Assembly (NCBI RefSeq): GCF_000195755.1
Contig: NC_002937.3
Span: 1,980,001 to 2,012,000, forward strand
Direction of reading: 5' to 3'
Length of the DNA: 32,000 nucleotides
Origin: Nitratidesulfovibrio vulgaris str. Hildenborough
Lineage (GTDB): Bacteria; Desulfobacterota; Desulfovibrionia; Desulfovibrionales; Desulfovibrionaceae
Below, in pieces: positions 17,717 to 26,477 of the stretch. The first letter of the stretch is position 1. Every line of letters starts with the position of its first letter. The position numbers were made by a program, and so were the translations under genes. The notes under the pieces are model-generated. The model did not search any database. It was not told the DNA's origin and worked only from the letters and a program-made list of their open reading frames with translations.

Positions 17717-18214
17717 ATGAGCGAAAACACCTCCATCCTCGTCCTTGGCGTGGGCAACATCCTCTACACTGACGAAGGCATAGGCGTTCGCGCCGTCGAA
17801 AGACTCAGCGCCGGCTACACCTTCACGCCGAACGTCCGACTCATGGACGGCGGGACGTTGGGGATGCGTCTCATGGACGCCATCATGGACTGCGACAGGC
17901 TCATCGTCGTGGATGCCGTCCTCGGCGGCGACGAACCGGGGGCCGTCTACCGGCTCACCGGCGAAGACCTGCGCAAGAGCCTGGGCTTCAACGACTCCAT
18001 GCACCAGACCGACCTCGTAGACACGCTCATATTCTGCGAGCTTGCGGGCCACAGGCCCGATGCGGTGGTCATCGGCATGGAACCGCAGGACTACCAGACG
18101 CTCTGCCCCGAAGTCTCTGCCCGTTCCGCAGAGAGGATGCCGTTGCTGTGCGACGCCGTCCTCAAGGAGATTCGGGACGCTGGCGGCGACTGGACGACCG
18201 TTCCTTCAGACTAA
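17717..18214 (+). CDS. hynC: [NiFe] hydrogenase maturation endopeptidase
   Basis: 165 aa. ILVLGVGNILYTDEGIGV, LIVVDAV and SMHQTDL motifs of the HyaD/HoxM family. Confidence 0.85.
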   Translation: MSENTSILVLGVGNILYTDEGIGVRAVERLSAGYTFTPNVRLMDGGTLGMRLMDAIMDCDRLIVVDAVLGGDEPGAVYRLTGEDLRKSLGFNDSMHQTDLVDTLIFCELAGHRPDAVVIGMEPQDYQTLCPEVSARSAERMPLLCDAVLKEIRDAGGDWTTVPSD

Positions 18215-18225
18215 CGGAGAAACAC

Positions 18226-18477
18226 ATGTGCCTCGCCATCCCCGCTGAGATTGTGGAAATGATGGACAACGACATGGTTCGCGCCCGTGTCGGCAAGAGC
18301 GAGACCTTCCTCACGGTTTCAGCCATGCTCCTGCCTGAACCCGCGGCCCTTGGCGATTACATCATCGTCCATGCCGGATTCGCCCTGCGCAAGCTCGACA
18401 AGGCCGACGCCGAAGAGACGTTGCGTCTGCTGCGTGAAGTGGCCGAAGCAGCTGAAGGCGCCCCCGCGGCCTTCTGA
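18226..18477 (+). CDS. hypC: Hydrogenase assembly chaperone HypC/HupF
   Basis: 83 aa starting MCLAIPAEIV, the invariant N-terminal Met-Cys of HypC, plus GDYIIVHAGFA. GGAG lies upstream of ATG 18226. Confidence 0.9.
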   Translation: MCLAIPAEIVEMMDNDMVRARVGKSETFLTVSAMLLPEPAALGDYIIVHAGFALRKLDKADAEETLRLLREVAEAAEGAPAAF

Positions 18478-18494
18478 CATCGCGTCATTGCGAC

Positions 18495-19136
18495 ATGCAT
18501 CGCACCTGCCTCCTGCTTGCCCTCGGTGACAGCCTCACCGAGGGTTACGGTCTGCCGCCGGGCCGCGCCATGCCTGACGTGCTGCAGGAGATGCTCCGCG
18601 ACGCCGGTCTGCCCGTGACATGCCTCAACCTTGGCCTCTCGGGCGACACTTCGGCAGGCGGACTGCGCCGTCTTCGGGCATGGCTGGCACGCAATGCCGA
18701 GAAGTTTCAGGCACACGCGACGGGAACAGCACCCATCGTCGCCATCGTGGAATTGGGGGCCAACGACAGTTTCATCGGCATCGAACCGGATGAGGTCGCC
18801 GCGAATCTCGACGCCATCCTCTCTCTGCTTGCCGGTCACGGCATTCCCGCGCTGCTCATGGGATGGCAGGCGACCATGGCGGACACCCCCGACTACGCCG
18901 ATGACTTCGAAGACCTGTACGCCGACCTTGCGGCGAAGCATGGCACGCCTCTCTATGCTGACACGCTTGCCGGTATCTGGGGTGAAGACAGGATGACCCT
19001 GCATGACGGGCTGCATCCCTCTATCGAGGGGGTACGCCACATGGCTACGTCGATACTGCCCCTTGTCCGCACGCTTGTCGAAACCGCCCTCGCTGGCGAA
19101 GACCACGCCACGCCGCCATGCCCCCCACGACACTGA
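18495..19136 (+). CDS. SGNH/GDSL-family hydrolase (TesA-like arylesterase/lysophospholipase), no signal peptide
   Basis: Block I GDSLTEGYG at residues 11-19, block III GANDS and block V DGLHPS. Starts 18 nt after hypC. No obvious SD. Confidence 0.75.
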   Translation: MHRTCLLLALGDSLTEGYGLPPGRAMPDVLQEMLRDAGLPVTCLNLGLSGDTSAGGLRRLRAWLARNAEKFQAHATGTAPIVAIVELGANDSFIGIEPDEVAANLDAILSLLAGHGIPALLMGWQATMADTPDYADDFEDLYADLAAKHGTPLYADTLAGIWGEDRMTLHDGLHPSIEGVRHMATSILPLVRTLVETALAGEDHATPPCPPRH

Positions 19137-19606
19137 GGGTCTTCGTCTATGGCACACTGAAGCGCGGGGGCAGACACCATGCAGCCCATTGTGCCGATGC
19201 CCTTCGCGTCCGAACAGGATGCACTCGGGGCAGACTCGTCGACCTTCCGGCAGGATATCCCACGTTGCACGTCCCGGGGTCGTCCGTGCTTGCCATCGGC
19301 ACCTCCGACCTCGCCGCCGACGCATGGCGGGGAATGCACTGCACCCTTCCGGGAACACCTACGTCTGAAGATTTCATCGCCCCGGCCCTGCCATGCGCCC
19401 TTGTCAGGGGAGAAGTCATCGACTTCGCCGACGCACCGGCGGCGCTGCACCGGCTGGACAAGCTCGAAGAGTTCGCCCCCGGCGGCATCAGTCTCTACCT
19501 GCGCGTATTACTGCCCGTACTCGTGGACGACGTGCTGCTGCCATGCTGGACATACGTCTCACCTATTGCGTCGGCCATGATGCCCCCTGATTGCTGCCAC
19601 CACTGA
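19118..19606 (+). CDS. Gamma-glutamylcyclotransferase-like (AIG2/GGACT family) protein
   Basis: VFVYGTLKRGG N-terminal motif, AGYPTL, VRGEVIDF and LDKLEEF pattern. Overlaps the SGNH gene by 19 nt. Confidence 0.7.
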   Translation: MPPTTLRVFVYGTLKRGGRHHAAHCADALRVRTGCTRGRLVDLPAGYPTLHVPGSSVLAIGTSDLAADAWRGMHCTLPGTPTSEDFIAPALPCALVRGEVIDFADAPAALHRLDKLEEFAPGGISLYLRVLLPVLVDDVLLPCWTYVSPIASAMMPPDCCHH

Positions 19607-19839
19607 AGCACCATGACATCTGAAGACACCGCGCCACCACGCGCGTCTTGACTTCCATCCGCTCTTGAACCAATTACATCCCTTTGCATCCGTGGTGCCG
19701 TTGCGCCCGGTCACTTTTGATCGCGACATCACCACCTGCGTGACCCGCCAACGCGGAGCGCATTTTTTCGATATGTCCACAGGGCACGGCCAGCGAAGCC
19801 ATGACCTGCCCATACCGCCTCACCGGAGGGCCTTCGACC

Positions 19840-22656
19840 ATGAGCGATTACAAGAAGACGCTGCAACTGCCCGAAACCAAGTTCCCCATGAAGGCGAACC
19901 TGACCCAGCGCGAGCCGGAAATGCTGCGCAAATGGGAAAAGGACGACGCCTACGGAGCCATGGTCCGGGCATCGGGACAGCAGGGCACCTATGTGCTCCA
20001 CGACGGTCCTCCCTACGCCAACGGCAACATCCACATGGGCCATGCGCTCAACAAGATCCTGAAGGACATCATCGTCAAGTCGCGCAACCTTCAGGGCTTC
20101 AAGGCCGAATACGTCCCCGGCTGGGACTGTCACGGCCTGCCCATCGAACTCAAGGTCGAACACGAACTGGGCGAGAAGAAGCGCACCATGCCCGCCCATG
20201 CCGTACGCAAGCGCTGCCGCCAGTACGCCGAAAAGTATCTCGACATCCAGCGCAAGGAATTCAAGCGCCTCGGCGTCTTCGGCGCATGGGACAAGCCATA
20301 CGTCACCATGCACCCTTCCTATGAAGCGGCCACGGCACGCGAGCTTGGCAACTTCGCAGCCAAGGGCGGACTCGTCCGCAGCAAGAAGCCCATCTACTGG
20401 TGCTGTTCCTGCCAGACCGCCCTCGCCGAAGCCGAGGTCGAGTATCACGACCACACATCGCCCTCGGTGCACGTGCGCTTCCCGCTGCGTGACCCGCGCG
20501 TGGCCGAAGTGCTGCCCGGCGTCGACCCTGCCCACGCCTACATCGTCATCTGGACGACGACGCCGTGGACCCTGCCTGACAACATGGCTGTGGCCGTCCA
20601 TCCCGATTTCGACTACGTGGTCGTCCGCCATGGAGGCGACTTCCACATCGTCGCCGAAGGACTGCTTGAAGCCTGCCTCAAGGCGTTCAAGTGGGACGAA
20701 CACGAGGTGGTCGCCCGCATCGGCGGTCGCGCACTCGAAGGACTCAAGGCGACCCACCCCTTCTACGACCGCCCCTCGCCCATCGTACTTGCCGACTACG
20801 TGACCCTCGAATCCGGTACCGGCTGCGTTCACACGGCCCCCGGGCACGGTCGCGAAGACTATGAGACGGGCCTGCGCTACGGCCTCGACATCTATTCTCC
20901 TCTCACCGATGAAGGGCGCTACCTCGACTGCGTGGAATTCTTCGCGGGCATGACCATCTTCGAGGCCAACCCCAAGGTCATCGAGAAGCTGCGCGAAGTG
21001 GGCAACCTGCTGGCCGAAGGCCGCATCACCCACTCCTACCCGCACTGCTGGCGCTGCAAGAAGCCCGTCATCTTCAGGGCCACCACCCAGTGGTTCATCG
21101 CCATGGAACGCAACGACCTGCGCCAGAAGGCACTCGACGCCATCCGCGACGACGTGCGCTGGATTCCCTCATGGGGGCAGGAACGCATCCATAACATGAT
21201 CGAATTCCGCCCCGACTGGTGCATCTCGCGTCAGCGCATGTGGGGTGTGCCCATCGTTGCCCTTCTCTGCGAAGATTGCGGCGAGGCGTGGAACGACGCC
21301 GACTGGATGCGCGACATCGCAGAGCGCTTCGCCAAGCACGCCACAGGGTGCGACTACTGGTACGAGACGGACCTCTCCGACATCGTTCCCGCCGGTCTGC
21401 GCTGCCCAAAGTGTGGCGGCGACCACTGGAAGAAGGAGACGGACATCCTCGACGTATGGTTCGACTCGGGCACCAGCTTCGCCGCCGTGGTCGAGCAGCG
21501 CGAAGAGTGCGGCTTCCCGGCCGACCTCTACCTTGAAGGCTCCGACCAGCATCGCGGCTGGTTCCACAGCTCGCTGCTCGCCTCCATCGGCACCCGTGGC
21601 GTTCCGCCCTACCGTTCTGTCCTGACCCATGGCTACGTGGTGGACGGCGACGGTCGCAAGATGTCCAAATCGGTCGGCAACGTGGTCGCACCGCAGGAGA
21701 TCATCGACAAGCACGGCGCCGAAGTGCTGCGCCTGTGGGTGGCATCCGTCGACTACCGCGAAGACATCCGCATCTCCGAGGAGATCCTCAACCGGCTCGT
21801 GGACGCCTACCGCCGCATCCGTAACACCTGCCGTTACCTGCTCGGCAACATCAGCGACCTCACGCCCGAGACCATGGTCCCCTTCGAAGCGATGGACCCG
21901 CTCGACCGCTTCGCCCTCGACCTCGCCTCAAGGGCCCACGAGCGCATTCAGGACGCCTACACGGAATACGAGTTCCACAAGGTTTTCCACACGCTGCACA
22001 ACCTCTGCGTGACGGACCTCAGCGCCTTCTATCTCGACATCCTCAAGGACCGTCTCTACTCCTCCGCTGCCGACAGCCACGCGCGGCGCTCGGCCCAGAC
22101 GGCCCTGTACCGCATCCTCATGCTGATGGTCCGCGACATGGCACCGGTGTTGAGCTTCACCGCAGAAGAGGTGTTCGGCTACGTGCCTGCCGCCCTGCGC
22201 CCTGATGTCATCAGCGTCTTCGCGCTGCCCGCAACCGATGCCCCGGCCTTCACCCTCGATACGACCTCCCGTGCTGCGTGGGAAAAACTGCTGGCCGTAC
22301 GTTCCGAAACGACCAAGGCCATCGAACCGCTACGCAAGTCGGGCGAGGTGGGACATTCTCTCGACACCCATGTGACCCTCTTCGCCGACCCGTCGCTCAA
22401 GGCGACGCTGGAAGGCCTCGGTAGCGACCTGCGCGCCATGTTCATCGTGTCGCGCCTCGAAGTCATGGACCTCGCCGATGCCCCTGCCGATGCGTGGACA
22501 TCCGAGGAACTGCCCGAACTCAAGGTCACCGTCCGCAAGGCCGAAGGCGAGAAGTGCGAACGGTGCTGGATCATCAGTGCCGACCTCGGCACCGATGCCG
22601 CGCACCCCACACTGTGCCCCCGCTGTACCGCAGTGCTCACAGGCACCGGGGCCTAA
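19840..22656 (+). CDS. ileS: Isoleucine--tRNA ligase
   Basis: 938 aa. HMGH (HIGH-type) motif, KMSKS, and C-terminal zinc knuckles CERCW...CPRC. GGAGGG lies upstream of ATG 19840. Confidence 0.95.
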   Translation: MSDYKKTLQLPETKFPMKANLTQREPEMLRKWEKDDAYGAMVRASGQQGTYVLHDGPPYANGNIHMGHALNKILKDIIVKSRNLQGFKAEYVPGWDCHGLPIELKVEHELGEKKRTMPAHAVRKRCRQYAEKYLDIQRKEFKRLGVFGAWDKPYVTMHPSYEAATARELGNFAAKGGLVRSKKPIYWCCSCQTALAEAEVEYHDHTSPSVHVRFPLRDPRVAEVLPGVDPAHAYIVIWTTTPWTLPDNMAVAVHPDFDYVVVRHGGDFHIVAEGLLEACLKAFKWDEHEVVARIGGRALEGLKATHPFYDRPSPIVLADYVTLESGTGCVHTAPGHGREDYETGLRYGLDIYSPLTDEGRYLDCVEFFAGMTIFEANPKVIEKLREVGNLLAEGRITHSYPHCWRCKKPVIFRATTQWFIAMERNDLRQKALDAIRDDVRWIPSWGQERIHNMIEFRPDWCISRQRMWGVPIVALLCEDCGEAWNDADWMRDIAERFAKHATGCDYWYETDLSDIVPAGLRCPKCGGDHWKKETDILDVWFDSGTSFAAVVEQREECGFPADLYLEGSDQHRGWFHSSLLASIGTRGVPPYRSVLTHGYVVDGDGRKMSKSVGNVVAPQEIIDKHGAEVLRLWVASVDYREDIRISEEILNRLVDAYRRIRNTCRYLLGNISDLTPETMVPFEAMDPLDRFALDLASRAHERIQDAYTEYEFHKVFHTLHNLCVTDLSAFYLDILKDRLYSSAADSHARRSAQTALYRILMLMVRDMAPVLSFTAEEVFGYVPAALRPDVISVFALPATDAPAFTLDTTSRAAWEKLLAVRSETTKAIEPLRKSGEVGHSLDTHVTLFADPSLKATLEGLGSDLRAMFIVSRLEVMDLADAPADAWTSEELPELKVTVRKAEGEKCERCWIISADLGTDAAHPTLCPRCTAVLTGTGA

Positions 22657-22674
22657 CCCGGAGCAAGCAACGAC

Positions 22675-22701
22675 GCCGCCCCTTCACAGCGAAGGGGCGG
22701 C
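22675..22701 (+). other. Intercistronic GC hairpin between ileS and lspA
   Basis: GCCGCCCCTT-cacagcg-AAGGGGCGGC, a 10-bp stem with no U-tract. Confidence 0.4.
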
Positions 22702-22719
22702 ATACACCGCAGGAATGGT

Positions 22720-23217
22720 ATGCTGTCCCTCAAATACCGTATAGTTCTCGGGCTTGCAGCCGTGGTCATGCTCATCGATCAAGGCACGAAGTGGCTCGTC
22801 GAGGCGACCATCCCCTTCCACGGCACCGTGCCCGTCATCCACGGAGTCTTCGACCTCGTGAACATACGCAACCGGGGCGCGGCCTTCGGTTTTCTCAACC
22901 GTTCCGACATCGAGTGGCAGTTCTGGCTTTTTCTGGTTGCGACCGTTCTTGCCGTATGGGCCATTCTGTCGCTCACGCGCGCCTCGAAGAACGAGCCGGT
23001 GCTCTACACCGCCTTCGGCCTCATCATGGGCGGCGCACTTGGCAACCTCGTCGACCGCATCCGCTATCGCGCCGTGGTCGACTTTCTTGATTTCTACTGG
23101 GGCGAATGGCACTGGCCAGCCTTTAACGTGGCGGATATCGCCATCTGCATCGGGGCCTTTCTCGCCTTTGTCGCCATGTACAGGCAGCCCTCCCCGGAGC
23201 GGGGAAACAAGGAGTAA
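22720..23217 (+). CDS. lspA: Lipoprotein signal peptidase (signal peptidase II)
   Basis: 165 aa. [23 protein letters not shown] and FNVADIAI conserved LspA blocks. The conserved ileS-lspA linkage is present. Confidence 0.9.
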
Positions 23218-23219
23218 CG

Positions 23220-23417
23220 ATGGATCCCGTCTATCTGCCCCTTCTGGCACTCCCCATCTTGCCCAACCTGTGGTGCATCTGGCATGCATACAGGAGCGAG
23301 TTCGACAATCCCGCCACCAAAGTGCTGTGGATGGCCGCCGGGGTCTTCCTTCCCGTCATCGGCGGTCTCATGTATCTCATCTTCGGAATGCGCCGCGCCC
23401 GCAAGAACGTGGCCTGA
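23220..23417 (+). CDS. Small two-helix membrane protein, PLD_N (cardiolipin-synthase N-terminal) type
   Basis: 65 aa. LPNLWCIWHAY...TKVLWMAAGVFLPVIGGLMYLIFG resembles the PLDc_N domain pattern. Starts 2 nt after the lspA stop. Confidence 0.6.
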   Translation: MDPVYLPLLALPILPNLWCIWHAYRSEFDNPATKVLWMAAGVFLPVIGGLMYLIFGMRRARKNVA

Positions 23418-23451
23418 CCTTTCAACCTCCATCAACACAGGCAGTCACGCC

Positions 23452-24390
23452 ATGAAGAAGCATCTCGCCACCGGAATCATCCTGCCCGTCTGCGCCGTCA
23501 CCGCCCTGACCGCCTGCGTTCGGCAAGGCGACTTCGACGCGCTTCAGTCCCGCGTGCTCCGTCAGGAACAGCAGCAGCAACAGCTGAACATGCAGCTTTC
23601 CGGAGTACAGCCGGCACAGGCAGATACGTGGTCGCAGGTACAGTCCATGCGGCAGGAACTCGCCACCATGCGAGGTCAGATCGACGACATGCGCTACAAG
23701 CTCGACTCGTTCGGCAAGAGCGGTGACGTAGCAGCCATGCGCGACCAGCTGTCGAAGCATGATGCGGCATTGCGCCAGATAGCCTCACAGTTCGATGTGG
23801 AGCTCAAGCTCGACCAGCCGCAGGCGGACGCCGCCGGTGCGCTCGCCCCGAGTACCGAACCCGGTCATGACGGCGCCTCGCGCTTCGTGGTCGCTGCCGA
23901 AACGAAGACGAGCGGCCCGGTCACCGTACCGCCCACGCAGAGCGGCACCCTCGCCGTCTCCAACGGCACGCCCGCCCAGCAGCCTGCTGCCGCGAAACCT
24001 GCCGCCCCTGCTGCGGATACGGCGACGGCGCTCTATGACACCGGCATCAGCTCCTTCAACAGCCGCAACTACAAGGACGCCCTGAAGTCGTTCAAGGATT
24101 TCACAGACACCTTCCCGAACCACAAGCTCACATCCAACGCGTGGTTCTGGCAGGGTGAGACGAACTTCCAGATGAACAACTTCCCTGCCGCCGCCCTCGC
24201 CTACGAGCAGGTCATCTCCAAGTTCCCCAAGAGCAGCAAGCTTCCGTCCGCACTTCTCAAGCAGGGCATCTGCTTCTACAAGACGGGCAAGAAGGATGCC
24301 GGCAAAATCCGGCTCGAAGAACTCATCAAGAAGCATCCCGATTCGCCCGAAGCGAAGCGCGCACAGCAGTACATCAAGGATAACAAGTAA
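23452..24390 (+). CDS. TPR-repeat lipoprotein, YbgF/CpoB-like (coiled-coil N-domain, Ala/Pro linker, C-terminal TPR)
   Basis: Signal peptide plus lipobox MKKHLATGIILPVCAVTALTAC. A Gln-rich coiled coil. The C-terminal block (ALYDTGISSFNSRNYKDALKSFKDFTDTFPNHKLTSNAWFWQGE...KFPKSSKLPSALLKQG) matches the YbgF TPR pattern. Confidence 0.7.
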   Translation: MKKHLATGIILPVCAVTALTACVRQGDFDALQSRVLRQEQQQQQLNMQLSGVQPAQADTWSQVQSMRQELATMRGQIDDMRYKLDSFGKSGDVAAMRDQLSKHDAALRQIASQFDVELKLDQPQADAAGALAPSTEPGHDGASRFVVAAETKTSGPVTVPPTQSGTLAVSNGTPAQQPAAAKPAAPAADTATALYDTGISSFNSRNYKDALKSFKDFTDTFPNHKLTSNAWFWQGETNFQMNNFPAAALAYEQVISKFPKSSKLPSALLKQGICFYKTGKKDAGKIRLEELIKKHPDSPEAKRAQQYIKDNK

Positions 24391-24415
24391 CACAGGGCGC
24401 AGCCCGGGTCATGCC

Positions 24416-24859
24416 ATGAGCGCACAGCCACAAAAGCCGTACAGGAAGAACGTACACCTCACGTTCCCGCCCGAGATCTCGGGCAACCCTCTTGTCTGCA
24501 ACCTTACGCGGCTCTTCGATCTGACCTTCAACATCCTGAAGGCCCAGATCACTCCTCGCAAGGAAGGCTATCTCACCCTTGAACTCATGGGAGACGAAGC
24601 CAACTGCACCAAGGCGATGGAGTATCTGCGCGAGCACGACGTCGTTGTCACGCCCGTGGCCCAGCGCATCTCACGCGATGAGGAAGGCTGTATGCACTGC
24701 GGCATGTGCACCGCCATCTGCCCCACCAGCGCACTGCGCATGAACCTCGAGAACCGTACGGTCACCTTCGAACTTGACCGGTGCACCGCATGTGGCCTTT
24801 GCACCAGGGTCTGTCCTGTCGCAGCCATGCACGTGGAACTCGAGAACGGACACTACTAG
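24416..24859 (+). CDS. NIL-domain protein fused to a 2x[4Fe-4S] ferredoxin domain
   Basis: 147 aa. The N-terminal half resembles the NIL domain (VHLTFPPEISGNPLVCNLTRLFDLTFNILKAQI). The C-terminal half carries CMHCGMCTAICP and CTACGLCTRVCP. Confidence 0.8.
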   Translation: MSAQPQKPYRKNVHLTFPPEISGNPLVCNLTRLFDLTFNILKAQITPRKEGYLTLELMGDEANCTKAMEYLREHDVVVTPVAQRISRDEEGCMHCGMCTAICPTSALRMNLENRTVTFELDRCTACGLCTRVCPVAAMHVELENGHY

Positions 24860-24884
24860 TCTGCCTCGAACGGATGAGAAATGG

Positions 24885-24909
24885 AAAGGGAGCCTCGTGC
24901 TCCCTTTTT
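24885..24909 (+). terminator. Rho-independent terminator ending the ileS-to-NIL-ferredoxin gene string
   Basis: AAAGGGAGC-ctcgt-GCTCCCTTT followed by TT, 26 nt after the stop. Confidence 0.85.
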
Positions 24910-24947
24910 CACGAGCAGGAATCTTCCGGGCAAGGCTCCCGGGTGAA

Positions 24948-24966
24948 GGGGCGATAGCCCCGTTTT
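24948..24966 (+). terminator. Second small hairpin with T-run (possible tandem terminator)
   Basis: GGGGC-gata-GCCCC then GTTTT, nested inside a CCGGGTG...CACCCGG outer pairing. Confidence 0.35.
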
Positions 24967-25282
24967 CGCACCCGGTGGCACTTCTGAGCCTGACAGCGGT
25001 GGCACGCCACAACCCCGCCCACAAGTCAGCGATTGCCCCTTACAGGCCCGCCTGAGGCCCGCAACGCCCCACGCAGCCCCTCGCGCCCTCCAGCAACGGT
25101 CTCGCGCCCCGCAGCACCAGCAGCAAAACAGCAAGTTCCACATCCCTCCACGCGTCCATGCACGCCAATTCCGGTCACCCCAGAACAGCTGTCTTCCACC
25201 ATAACACCATCTCGCATCCCCCGATTGCGCCGCCACGCCCGCCGATGCCCACCGCCCATATTGCGCCCCGCGGTCTTCTGCG

Positions 25283-25312
25283 TTGACAGGTGGTTGCCCT
25301 TCACGCTATGTG
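25283..25312 (+). promoter_or_regulatory. Candidate sigma70-type promoter of adk
   Basis: TTGACA (25283-25288), a 17-18 nt spacer, then cTATGTg. Ends about 30 nt upstream of the adk start. Confidence 0.4.
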
Positions 25313-25342
25313 CTCGTGAAATTAATGACAAGGAGGCTTCAG

Positions 25343-26014
25343 GTGAACATACTCATCTTCGGACCCAACGGCAGCGGTAAGGGCACGCAGGGCGCGCTCG
25401 TGAAGAAGAAGTACGACCTCGCCCACATCGAGTCCGGCGCCATCTTCCGCGAACACATCGGCGGCGGCACCGAACTCGGCAAGCAGGCCAAGGCCTTCAT
25501 CGAACGTGGCGACCTGGTGCCTGACGACATCACCATCCCCATGGTGCTCGAGACCCTGAAGAGCAAGGGTGCCAACGGCTGGCTGCTCGACGGTTTCCCG
25601 CGCAACATGGTTCAGGCCCAGAAGCTGTGGGACGCCCTTCAGGCCGAAGGCATGAAGCTCGACTACGTCATCGAGATCCTCCTTCCCCGTGAAGTCGCCA
25701 AGAACCGCATCATGGGTCGTCGTCTCTGCAAGAACGACAACAACCACCCCAACAACATCTTCATCGACGCCATCAAGCCCAATGGCGACGTGTGCCGCGT
25801 GTGTGGCGGCGAGCTTTCCGCCCGTTCTGACGACCAGGACGAAGGCGCCATCGGCAAGCGCCACGACATCTACTACAACACCGTCGACGGCACCCTCGCT
25901 GCCGCCTACTTCTACAAGGACCTGGCTGCCAAGGGCATGACCAAGTACATCGAACTCGACGGCGAAGGCGCCATCGATGCCATCAAGGACAAGCTCCTCG
26001 CACAGCTTTCCTAG
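25343..26014 (+). CDS. adk: Adenylate kinase with metal-binding LID (Cys-X5-His-X15-Cys-X2-Cys)
   Basis: 223 aa from GTG 25343, with AAGGAGG at 25330-25336 (6-nt spacing). vNILIFGPNGSGKGTQG P-loop. LID sequence C129KNDNNH135...C151RVC154. Confidence 0.9.
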   Translation: MNILIFGPNGSGKGTQGALVKKKYDLAHIESGAIFREHIGGGTELGKQAKAFIERGDLVPDDITIPMVLETLKSKGANGWLLDGFPRNMVQAQKLWDALQAEGMKLDYVIEILLPREVAKNRIMGRRLCKNDNNHPNNIFIDAIKPNGDVCRVCGGELSARSDDQDEGAIGKRHDIYYNTVDGTLAAAYFYKDLAAKGMTKYIELDGEGAIDAIKDKLLAQLS

Positions 26015-26037
26015 TCTTTCGTTCTTCTGACGACACG

Positions 26038-26070
26038 AGGCCCCACTGTCACCAGACGTGGGGCCTTTCT
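26038..26070 (+). terminator. Terminator after adk
   Basis: AGGCCCCAC-(11 nt)-GTGGGGCCT followed by TTCT. Confidence 0.65.
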
Positions 26071-26450
26071 CATGTCCCGCAACGTCTCGCACAGGGTGAG
26101 TGGCCGTTGGGACCTTCGCTGGGTGTCTCCGGGATTCTGCATGAGACCAGGCGACATGCCACGGATGGACGCAGCAGATGCAACGTTGCTTCACGCAGCA
26201 CAGGCACAGCGCGAGTCACGTTACGACACGTCCAGTTATGCCGGTATCGCGCGGGAACGAGCGACCTGCCTTTTTCCGTGCTCACTGACAGGCTGCCTGA
26301 AGACCTGAACTCTGGAATCGACCTGCACAAGCATGGCCGTTTCTGTCTGCGCGTTGCCACAAGTGACAACGGATGGGTACTAACCAGCCGTACTGCCATC
26401 TCCGTCGGATGTGGCGGGTGGTGAGACGCGTCATCCATGGTGCCCAAAGA

Positions 26451-26477
26451 CGAGGACCCCGCCATGCGGGGTCCTCG
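26451..26477 (-). terminator. Terminator hairpin downstream of the pfpI/DJ-1 gene
   Basis: CGAGGACCCCGC-cat-GCGGGGTCCTCG (12 bp). On the minus strand it is followed by TCTTTGGG. Lies about 60 nt past the stop at 26535. Confidence 0.6.

Noticed and set aside
24974-25005. Direct repeat GGTGGCAC ... GGTGGCAC (16-nt spacer) containing TGGCAC boxes
   Set aside because: Neither copy has a GC at the correct -12 spacing, and no downstream gene starts within reach. An 8-nt repeat in GC-rich DNA is weak evidence.
25325-25345. ATG at 25325 as the adk start (MTRRLQVNILIFG...)
   Set aside because: There is no SD upstream of it. The AAGGAGG at 25330-25336 is ideally spaced for GTG 25343, which also places the P-loop at the canonical distance from the N-terminus.
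25033-25380. 115-aa Pro/Arg/Ser/Thr-rich plus-strand ORF in the C-rich tract
   Set aside because: It has a TTG start and no SD. Its composition simply mirrors the C-richness, and it reads through the adk promoter, SD and start codon in another frame.
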